A stretch of DNA of 64,000 nucleotides, from positions 1 through 64,000 of the forward strand of contig JACPUC010000010.1 in the NCBI GenBank assembly GCA_016192455.1, read 5' to 3'. This DNA is from Candidatus Tectimicrobiota bacterium (GTDB lineage: Bacteria; JACPUC01). A program made the translations under genes and the position numbers. The notes under the pieces are model-generated. The model made no database searches. It had not been told where the DNA came from and worked only from the letters and a program-made list of their open reading frames with translations. Shown here piece after piece: positions 56,331 to 64,000 of the stretch; position 1 is the stretch's first letter; every line of letters begins with the position of its first letter.

Positions 56331-59300
56331 ATGGCAGCACGCAGGCTCATCCCAGGAGTGGCATGGCTATGGGGTTCAGAGCACCGTCGTGGCTCGTCCT
56401 TGCAGCGACGCCCTCCCCTCCCCGGCAGCCGCCGTGCCAGGCCACGCCGCGGGAGCCTTGCCGCGGCAGCGCCCGGAGCCTTTGCCGCGCTCCTCTGGCT
56501 TGGATTGCTCGCCACACTCCCCCTTGGCTTCGCACTCCCGGCGCAGGCGCAGGTGGTCTGCCAGACGGCGAACTTGACCCCTATCAGCCTGGGATCCCGC
56601 GTGCAGGGAAGCTTGACCAGTCGCGATTGCCTCTCCGTCGTCCGCACCACTTTCGCCGACCCGTACATTTTTTCAGGGAGAGCCGGACAGCGAATTACAC
56701 TTGAGCTGACCAGCGCCGACTTCGATGCCTACCTGATCCTGTTCGATTCCACCGGCTCCCCAATCGCGGAAGATGACGACAGCGGTGGGGAGAGGAACTC
56801 CCGCATCCTGGACTTCGTCCTTCCGGAGAGCGGCGACTATATTTTCGAAGCCACCTCCTTCGGCGCCGGCGGCAGCGGTGACTACGCGCTGAGCCTCCAG
56901 CTTACCGGCGAGACCGGCGGCGCGGGCGGCGCGTGCGCAACCGAGCCCCTCGACAGCAACGCCTCCGTTCAAGGCAGTCTCCTCGAGGGCGACTGCCAGT
57001 CGCGACGTCGCGCCGACGCTTTTGCTGATCTCTACACTTTCTTCGCTTCCGCCGGCCAGCGGGTCACCATCGACCTGCAGAGCAGCAGCTTCGACGCTTT
57101 CCTTCTCCTCGTCAACGAGGGGGGGGAGACCATCGCCTCGAACGACGACCGCGCCAGCGGCGACCGCAACGCGCTCATCACTGACTTCGAGATCCCCGCC
57201 GACGGCGCCTACACCATCGAGGTCACCTCCTTCGGCGCCGTCGGCGCCGGTGACTTCTTCGGCACCGGCGGCACCGGCGACTATCAGCTTGCGTTGCAGT
57301 CAGGCGAAGCACCGCCAGCCGCGACTGAGCCGCTTAGCATCTCGCCCGAGTCGACGACGGCGCGCCCCGGCGCCACCGTCACCTTCACCGCCAGCGGCAG
57401 CGACGTGGACCAGAACCCAGGCGGCATCATCTGGTCCGCTCCGGGCGCCAGCTTCGTGGGGTCGAGCGTGGGCGTGGCGCAGGTTACCTGGCTGGCCCCC
57501 AGCCGCGCCGGCAGCTTCGAGGTCGTCGTCACCAGCCAGGAGGGCGGGCGCGCCGTGGCGCAGGTGACCGTCGAGGGGACTGTGGTTCCGCCGACTACGA
57601 CGCTGAGTATCGCGCCGCAGACGGCAACGACCGCGCCCGGGCAGGTGCTCGCCTTCGTCGCCAGCGGCAGCGCCGTGACGCAGAACCTGCGCGGCATCAT
57701 CTGGTCCGCGCCGGGGGCCAGCTTCGAGGGCGCCAGCGTGGGGGTGTCCAGCGTGCGCTGGCGCGCCCCGAGCCAGGCAGGTCAGTACCAGGTCATCGTC
57801 ACCAGCGCGGACGGCCGGCGCGCCGCGGCGAGCGTCACCGTGGGGGCGGCGCCGACGCCCACGCCCACGCAACCCTCCGGACCGCCGGCGGACACCTCCA
57901 CCACCCGTATTGACCCCGCCGGCGATACCGACAACTTCAGCATGGACGTCGATCCGAATGAGGAGAGGGTGAGCGTCTTCATCGTCGGTGTCGACGACGC
58001 CCTCGACCCCAACCTCACCCTCCTTGGCCGCAGCGGCGAGACCGCGGTGTTCCGCGACGATCTGCGCCGGGGGACCGGCGAAGAGCGCCTCATCGGCACC
58101 CGCATCGGCGCCGTCAGCGCGGATGGCCTCGACTCCTTCATCGAAGGCCCCCCGACGACGAATACCTTCCGCATCGGCGGCTTCGGGTCAACGGTGGGCT
58201 CCTACCTCATCATGGTGGGGGGGCGGCGCATTGACCCGCAAGACGAAGCTGACCTCTTTGTCCTCGAAGGCGAGCTGCAGGGAACCTCGATCTGGGTTGC
58301 CGCCGTGGCGGTCGATACGGGCCTCGACCTGCTGATCGAAACCGTCGACGCGAACGGTCAGGTGGTGCGCTTCGCCGACGGCGACCCGGTCATGAACGAC
58401 GATAACGGCAGCGGGCCGGGCGGCACCACCGCCTCGCTGCAGAACTTCAGCGTCGTGGGCCGGCAGGCGCAGTCGCTCGATCCGCTCCTTACCCTGGTGG
58501 CCAGCGGCGGCGCCGAGCGGCGCTTCCGCGTGCGCAGCTTCAACGGCCAGAGCAGCGGTCGCTACCTCCTGGTCATCGGCAGCCCGCAGGTCTTTGGCGA
58601 GGGCGGCGGAGGGCCCACGCCGGGTGCCTCTTCTCTCGCCATCGATCCCAGCGAAGCGAGCATCCAACCTGGCGAGACGCTCGTCTTCACCGCCTTGGGC
58701 GGCGCCGCCGAGTTCAACGTCGGCGGCCTGGTCTGGTCCGCCTCGGCGGGAACCTTCACCACCTCGGTCTTCGGCACGGCCTCCGCCTCTTGGCAGGCGC
58801 CGCGGCTTCCCGGCGTCTACCGCGTGCAAGTGACGAGCAGCGACGGGGGCCAGGCGACCGCCGAGGTGCGCGTGGAAGGCGTGGCGCCGAGGCAGCAGTT
58901 CCAGTTTCTCTCCATCACCCCGAATGCCCCGGTGCTGCAAATGATCGGCGATACCGTGCAGCTTCGGGCGCTGGGATTCGGCCCCCTGGGAACGGAAGAC
59001 ATCACCGAGCAGGTGGAGTGGGCCGCGGCCAATGGGGCCGTGGCGAGCGTTTCGGACACCGGGCTGGTGACCGCCCAGGCCCGCGGTCTCACCCGGGTGA
59101 CGGCCTCGTTCGGCAGCCTCGTCGGCAGCGCCACAGTCAGCGTCCAGGGCACCGGGGCCGTCCAGATAGGCCGGCTCGTCGTCACCCCCTCGACCTTCAC
59201 CCTGCGCTCCGTCGGGGCGACGGTGCAGCTCAGCGCCGTGCTGGTGCAGGCGAGCGGCCGCGCGGACGTCAGCTCCTCGGCAACCTGGAACTCGAGCAAC

Positions 59301-62300
59301 CGCTCGGTGGCCGTGGTGAGCAGCAGCGGGCGGGTCTCCGCGGTCGGCTCGGGCGCGGCGGTGATCTCGGCGTCGGCGCAGGGGGTCTCGTCATCGGCGA
59401 CCATCACGGTGACCCTCGGTCCCCAGCCCCGCAGCCTGCAGGTGACGCCGCAGACCAGCACCATCTCAACCCTTGACGGCACGGTGCAGCTCAGCGCCCT
59501 GGGCACCTTCGCCGACGGCTCCACGCGCGACCTGACGCGCAGCGTCGCCTGGAGGTCCTCGAATGACAGCGTGGCCGTCGTCAGCGGCTCCGGAAGCGTG
59601 CGCGCGCGCGGCGATGGCACGGCTGCCGTCACCGCCACCTCGGAGGGAGTGAGCGCCGCGGCCGTGATCACCGTGGCGAGCGGGGCTGGGGTGCTCACCG
59701 TCTCGGTGGCGCCCGCCACCCCGACCCTGAGCCAGGTCGGCGCCACCACGCAGCTCACGGCGACGAGCGTCAGCGCGGCCGGCGCGACGCAGGATGTCAC
59801 GAGCACCGCCTCCTGGTCCTCCTCCGCGGAGAACGTGGCCACCGTGTCGCCGCGGGGGCTTGTCACCGCGGTTGCCGCCGGCAGCGCGGTGATCACCGCC
59901 TCCGTGAACGGCGCGCAAGGGTCCGCCTCGGTGACGGTGCGCAGCCTCGACCTCCTCGTCACGCCCTCCGAGGTGACCATCGGCACGAGCCGCTCGCGCA
60001 CGCTCACCGCCCTGGGCGGCGTCGCCCCCTTCCTCTGGGCGCCGCGCTCCGGCAGCATCAGCGGCGATGCGACGGGCGCCAGCGTCACCTATACCGCCGC
60101 CTCCCTCACCGGCACCGACGCGGTCATCGTCCGAGACAGCACGGGCTTGCAGGCGCAGGTGAGCGTGACGGTGGTGACCGCGCTGTCGGCCAATCCGACC
60201 CGCGGCTCGCTGCAGCCCCGCGGCACGCAGGTCTTCGATGCCGTGCAGGGGACGTCGCCCTACACCTGGCTCTCCGAAGCAGGCGAGCTGAGTACGAACA
60301 CCGGCAACCGCGTCATCTACACGGCGCCGAACACCACCGGGCGCCACACCCTGACCCTGCGCGACAGCGCCGGCCAGAGCGTCGACATCACGATCACCGT
60401 CGCCCAGCCCGTCACGGTGGAGCCGCCGACCTCGAACGTCAGCCGCGGGGGACGCGGTCAGTTCATCGCCAGCGGCGGCGTGCCGCCCTACTCGACGCGC
60501 GCCACCTGCGGCACCTCCTCGGAGCCCGACGTGCGCGGCAACTTCACCTTCAGCGCTCCGGGCACGCTGGGCCAGTGCATCCTGCAGGTGAGCGATGCCG
60601 AGAACAACCTCTCCCAGGCGGTGGCCTTCGTCACCGATGACCCGGTGATCAGCCCGGCCACGGCCAGCATCGCCCCGAGCGGCATTCTCGTCTTCAACGT
60701 CGCGGGGGGCAGCTCACCCTACCAGTGGAGCGCCAGCAGCGGCACCCTCACCTCCTTCGCCGGCACGGTGACGACCCTCATCGGGCCGCCGACCGCCGGC
60801 CAGTTCACGGTCACCGTGCGCGACCGCGATGGGAAGACCGCCACGGCGACCCTCAGCGTCACCATCCCGCCGGCGATTACCCCCGCCACGGCGACCATCG
60901 GCCCGCAGGAGACCGCCACCTTCACGGCCACCAACGGCAGCGGCGAGTTCACCTGGACGGCGACGGCGGGCACCCTCAGCAGCACCTCGGGCGCCACGAT
61001 TACCTACACCGCGCCGCGCACCGCCGGGCAGTTCACCATCGGCGCCACGGACACGAACCAGGACAGCACCTTCGCCATGGTCTTCGTCATCCAGGATACG
61101 ATCTCCGTCTCGCCGTCCACCGTCGTCATGGATCCGAACGCCACGCAGCTCTTCACCGTGACGGGCGGCACGGGGCGCTTCTCCTGGGCCTCCCAGGCGG
61201 GCAACCTCCTCTCCACCGCCGGCACCAGCGTCACCTATATCGCCCCCTCGATCACCGGCGACTTCCGCCTCACCGCCACGGATACGGCTGGCAACCAGGG
61301 GGTGGCGGCGGTCTCGGTGGCCGGCACGATTCGCATCACCCCGGCAACCGCGACAATGCGGTTCGGCGAGACGCGCACCTTCCGCGCCCTGCGCGGCACC
61401 GGCGACTTCACCTGGGAGTCCACCGCCGGGCAGCTCAGCGCCACCAGCGGCGACAGCGTGGACTTGACCGCCCCGCAGCAGGTGGGCACGGTCAACGTGA
61501 TCCTCAGGGACAATGCGGACAACCAGGTCGTCGCGAACATCGCCGTGGTCAACGACGCCATCCAGATCACCCCGCGCACCGCCCAGATGCAAGTGAATGA
61601 GAGCCGCCTCTTCCAGGCGGTGGGAGGGACGGGCAGCTTTAGCTGGGAGGCCGAGGCCGGCTCCATCAGCTCCACCGTCGGCACCAGCATCACCTACACG
61701 GCTCCCAGCCTGCCGGGCGAGTACACCATCTCGGTGCTCGACTCGAGCGGCAACGGCGGCACCGCGCGGGCCGTCGTGGCGGCTCCCGCCGGCGCCATCA
61801 CCGTGGCTCCGGAGACCCTGGACCTGGAGTTCGGCGAGGTCCGCAACCTCACGGCGGCGGGCGGCAGCGGCCAGTACCGCTGGGAGCTTGAGGGGGCTGC
61901 GGTGGGCACCGTCGCCCCGGAGACCGGCTCGAACGTGCGCTTCAGCGCCGCCTCCACGGCCGGCGCCGCCAGCCTGCGGGTGCGGGATGTCAACGCCCCC
62001 AGCGTCTCCGCCGTGGTGTCGGTAACGGTGCGCTCCGGCGTCGAGAACGGCACCCGTCCCGTCATCACCATGGCTGGATTCGGCACCACCGCTGATGCCT
62101 TCTCCTCGACGCAGGGCGGCACCATCAAGATGATGGCCCAGGTGGTCGACAACGGCGGTCCCGGCAATCTCACCGTGGAGGTCTTCCTTGGGACGGCGAG
62201 CGAGATCGGCACGCGCGTGCAGACGAAATTCTTCGACATGACGGATGCCGACGGCGACGGCATCTTCGAGTTCAGCCAGGCCTTTCCCGGTCTCGGCATC

Positions 62301-62786
62301 AGCGGCGACATTCCGTTGCCGGGCCTGACGATCCGCGCCACCGATGCCGACGGCAACGTCACCTCCTGGCCGAACCTCGACGTGCGCGGGGTTGCCGCCC
62401 CGACCTTCCCCCAGGCCCCCGTTCCCAGCCTGCCCAGCGTCTCGGTCGATACGCCGGTGATCCTCATGGCCGGCTTCGGCACCACGCCCTACACCTACGG
62501 CGGCACCAACGGCGGCAGCGGGCGCATCCAGGCGCTGGTGACGGGCGGCGCCGCCCCGGTGCGCGTGGAGGTCTTCATCGAGGTGCGGGACCCGATTAAC
62601 ATGACGACGACGCGCGCCCCCATCGTGCCGCTTGCCGACCCGGACGGCGACGGCCTCTACAGCGCGGAGTTCCCGCTCGGCGCCGGCGCATTCTCGCTCG
62701 GCGAGCAGGATTTCGGGCTCATCATCGTGGCGACGGGGGCGAATGGACGCTCGGTCACCTGGCCGCACCTCAACATCGTCCGCTGA
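56331..62786 (+). CDS. Large secreted surface protein: PPC-like domains, Big_2/Ig-like repeats and a duplicated C-terminal domain
   Basis: Hydrophobic stretch ending PAQA; two copies of Y.F...AGQR.T..L.S..FDA.L.L; four Big_2-type repeats (WxSS...VA.VS..G.V.A); many S/T/G-rich Ig-like units. Confidence 0.88.
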   Translation: MAARRLIPGVAWLWGSEHRRGSSLQRRPPLPGSRRARPRRGSLAAAAPGAFAALLWLGLLATLPLGFALPAQAQVVCQTANLTPISLGSRVQGSLTSRDCLSVVRTTFADPYIFSGRAGQRITLELTSADFDAYLILFDSTGSPIAEDDDSGGERNSRILDFVLPESGDYIFEATSFGAGGSGDYALSLQLTGETGGAGGACATEPLDSNASVQGSLLEGDCQSRRRADAFADLYTFFASAGQRVTIDLQSSSFDAFLLLVNEGGETIASNDDRASGDRNALITDFEIPADGAYTIEVTSFGAVGAGDFFGTGGTGDYQLALQSGEAPPAATEPLSISPESTTARPGATVTFTASGSDVDQNPGGIIWSAPGASFVGSSVGVAQVTWLAPSRAGSFEVVVTSQEGGRAVAQVTVEGTVVPPTTTLSIAPQTATTAPGQVLAFVASGSAVTQNLRGIIWSAPGASFEGASVGVSSVRWRAPSQAGQYQVIVTSADGRRAAASVTVGAAPTPTPTQPSGPPADTSTTRIDPAGDTDNFSMDVDPNEERVSVFIVGVDDALDPNLTLLGRSGETAVFRDDLRRGTGEERLIGTRIGAVSADGLDSFIEGPPTTNTFRIGGFGSTVGSYLIMVGGRRIDPQDEADLFVLEGELQGTSIWVAAVAVDTGLDLLIETVDANGQVVRFADGDPVMNDDNGSGPGGTTASLQNFSVVGRQAQSLDPLLTLVASGGAERRFRVRSFNGQSSGRYLLVIGSPQVFGEGGGGPTPGASSLAIDPSEASIQPGETLVFTALGGAAEFNVGGLVWSASAGTFTTSVFGTASASWQAPRLPGVYRVQVTSSDGGQATAEVRVEGVAPRQQFQFLSITPNAPVLQMIGDTVQLRALGFGPLGTEDITEQVEWAAANGAVASVSDTGLVTAQARGLTRVTASFGSLVGSATVSVQGTGAVQIGRLVVTPSTFTLRSVGATVQLSAVLVQASGRADVSSSATWNSSNRSVAVVSSSGRVSAVGSGAAVISASAQGVSSSATITVTLGPQPRSLQVTPQTSTISTLDGTVQLSALGTFADGSTRDLTRSVAWRSSNDSVAVVSGSGSVRARGDGTAAVTATSEGVSAAAVITVASGAGVLTVSVAPATPTLSQVGATTQLTATSVSAAGATQDVTSTASWSSSAENVATVSPRGLVTAVAAGSAVITASVNGAQGSASVTVRSLDLLVTPSEVTIGTSRSRTLTALGGVAPFLWAPRSGSISGDATGASVTYTAASLTGTDAVIVRDSTGLQAQVSVTVVTALSANPTRGSLQPRGTQVFDAVQGTSPYTWLSEAGELSTNTGNRVIYTAPNTTGRHTLTLRDSAGQSVDITITVAQPVTVEPPTSNVSRGGRGQFIASGGVPPYSTRATCGTSSEPDVRGNFTFSAPGTLGQCILQVSDAENNLSQAVAFVTDDPVISPATASIAPSGILVFNVAGGSSPYQWSASSGTLTSFAGTVTTLIGPPTAGQFTVTVRDRDGKTATATLSVTIPPAITPATATIGPQETATFTATNGSGEFTWTATAGTLSSTSGATITYTAPRTAGQFTIGATDTNQDSTFAMVFVIQDTISVSPSTVVMDPNATQLFTVTGGTGRFSWASQAGNLLSTAGTSVTYIAPSITGDFRLTATDTAGNQGVAAVSVAGTIRITPATATMRFGETRTFRALRGTGDFTWESTAGQLSATSGDSVDLTAPQQVGTVNVILRDNADNQVVANIAVVNDAIQITPRTAQMQVNESRLFQAVGGTGSFSWEAEAGSISSTVGTSITYTAPSLPGEYTISVLDSSGNGGTARAVVAAPAGAITVAPETLDLEFGEVRNLTAAGGSGQYRWELEGAAVGTVAPETGSNVRFSAASTAGAASLRVRDVNAPSVSAVVSVTVRSGVENGTRPVITMAGFGTTADAFSSTQGGTIKMMAQVVDNGGPGNLTVEVFLGTASEIGTRVQTKFFDMTDADGDGIFEFSQAFPGLGISGDIPLPGLTIRATDADGNVTSWPNLDVRGVAAPTFPQAPVPSLPSVSVDTPVILMAGFGTTPYTYGGTNGGSGRIQALVTGGAAPVRVEVFIEVRDPINMTTTRAPIVPLADPDGDGLYSAEFPLGAGAFSLGEQDFGLIIVATGANGRSVTWPHLNIVR

Positions 62787-62806
62787 GGCGGAGCAGCGCC
62801 GATGAA

Positions 62807-62838
62807 CAGGGCCGGACCTCCCGGGAGGTCCGGCCCTG
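62807..62838. terminator. Perfect 32-bp palindrome between convergent genes (terminator or REP-like)
   Basis: CAGGGCCGGACCTCCC/GGGAGGTCCGGCCCTG; no clear poly-T tail. Confidence 0.55.
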
Positions 62839-62953
62839 CCGTTTCTGGACACGCTGCCGCCCCAACCCCTCCGTCTGGCCGGAAGCGAGCGTTCCGCACC
62901 CCTTTCGGTGCGTCGACGATCAACACGGCGCACCGACCGTCCGCGGAGCAGCC

Positions 62954-63817
62954 CTAGCGGCGCCGTTTCTCGAGGATTTCCACGAAGCGATGCAGTCGGC
63001 TGGCGCGCTGCTCCTCGCCGCCGTTGGCATAGATTTGCGCCAAGTTGCGCAGCATGCGGATGAGGATCTCGGCGTCACTTGAAGCCTGCAGGTACTCCTC
63101 GCGGAAGGAGAACCCGAAGCTGGCGAGGAGTTGGGCGCAATCGTGCCGAGCGAGGAGGCGGCCGCCGTTGAAGGCGTCGATGTAGACCTGGTAGTCCTCT
63201 GAGTCGTAGCGCAGGAGGAAGTGCGCCGGCATGCCGATGCCCACCACCGGCAAGCCGAGACGGCGGCAGATGAAGAGGTAGAGGGCGGAGAGGCTGATGG
63301 GGATGCCCAGCTTGCGTTCCAGGACGCGGTTCATGAAGCTGTTGTCGGGGTCGTAGTAGTTCTCGCGGTTGCCCCGGAAGCCGAGAACCTCGAAGAGCTG
63401 GAAGTTCACCGCCTCGATCTGCTCGTCCGGCTCGCGCGCCCGGCGCAGACGCTTGCGGATATCCTCGGCCATCTCGTCGAGGCCGCGGCGATGGGGCTGG
63501 CTGTCATAGTCGGGATAGGCGAAACGAGGCAGCAGAAAGACCCCCTCCTCGAGACTCGAGGCGCCGCCGGGGGTTTCGGCCAGCGCCTGAAACTGCCGCT
63601 CGAGCACCTTGGAGTTGATCTCTTCGAGGACGGCGCGGGCGCGCGCGCTGATGAGGGGGTTGGTGTCGTCCGCGGCCCGCAGGAGCGCGGCGGCGGCCCC
63701 CTCGCCGAGCTCCACCAGCTTGCGGCGCACCGACTTCCAGATGCCCGCGTCTTCCTCTTCCATGAGCTGCAGGAGCGCCTGCAGCTCCGCACCGTGACCA
63801 TGGGCGGGCTTACTCAT
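62954..63817 (-). CDS. SirB1-like / transglutaminase-like protein with a HEAT-like N-terminus
   Basis: GFRGNRENYYDPDNS, GIPISLS, GMPAHFLL, RMLRNL. Confidence 0.88.
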   Translation of the reverse strand: MSKPAHGHGAELQALLQLMEEEDAGIWKSVRRKLVELGEGAAAALLRAADDTNPLISARARAVLEEINSKVLERQFQALAETPGGASSLEEGVFLLPRFAYPDYDSQPHRRGLDEMAEDIRKRLRRAREPDEQIEAVNFQLFEVLGFRGNRENYYDPDNSFMNRVLERKLGIPISLSALYLFICRRLGLPVVGIGMPAHFLLRYDSEDYQVYIDAFNGGRLLARHDCAQLLASFGFSFREEYLQASSDAEILIRMLRNLAQIYANGGEEQRASRLHRFVEILEKRRR

Positions 63818-64000
63818 CTATACAGCTCCAAACGCTCCTCCTTGGGGCGATGGTCGAAGATGCGTTTGCTCTTCAGCTCGTAGCGCGGCAGGGTCTGCGG
63901 CGGCACCACCTCGGTCTCCAGGCGCACGCCGATGGCGTCGCGGTAGACCGCTTCGGCCTGCGCGGCCACGGTGGCATAGTCTGTCGCCGGCACGCTGGGG
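63814..64000 (-). CDS. C-terminal end of a phenylacetate-CoA ligase family protein (partial)
   Basis: ...AIGVRLETEVVPPQTLPRYELKSKRIFDHR...YR*; TGA overlaps the next ATG. Not in the ORF track. Confidence 0.75.
   Translation of the reverse strand, partial: PSVPATDYATVAAQAEAVYRDAIGVRLETEVVPPQTLPRYELKSKRIFDHRPKEERLELYR

Noticed and set aside
56331-62786. CRISPR array or DGR-type repeat pair within the repetitive large gene
   Set aside because: Repeats are in-frame protein domains with no spacer structure, and there is no cas or reverse transcriptase gene.

Overview
A high-GC bacterial chromosome segment; I cannot assign taxonomy from sequence alone. No rRNA, tRNA or CRISPR array was seen. 1-31 kb is a dense redox and catabolic region: the end of an IS630-like transposase, EtfBA with an atypical acyl-CoA dehydrogenase and a dienelactone hydrolase, and a NitT/TauT ABC system next to an AprA/AsfA-like flavoprotein and ferredoxin. 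It continues with a cupin, a TAT-less reductive dehalogenase, two phytoene-desaturase-like flavoproteins around a CoxG, and a tandem duplication of a [MoaD/ThiS-like protein + molybdopterin oxidoreductase] unit sharing one 4Fe-4S and one NrfD-type subunit. Each duplicated unit has its own TTGAC-N4-GTCAA box and the block faces a sigma54-type 2-oxoacid:ferredoxin oxidoreductase operon. 31-41 kb holds a class III nucleotide cyclase, a low-GC toxin-antitoxin islet, pyrF and an Oah-like/HcrB/HcrC/acyl-CoA dehydrogenase cluster with no molybdenum subunit. 41-53 kb is mostly housekeeping (ftsEX-envC-ctpA-yibQ-tsaD) plus a third desaturase-like gene, an ASCH-like gene and a Fic gene. 53-64 kb encodes two divergent secreted repeat proteins (one of 2151 aa), a SirB1-like protein and the end of a PaaK-like CoA ligase. 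All family calls come from motif recognition by eye, not database searches. The best candidate for an undescribed system is the duplicated MoaD/Mo-enzyme module with its divergent oxidoreductase operon and the neighbouring orphan dehalogenase.
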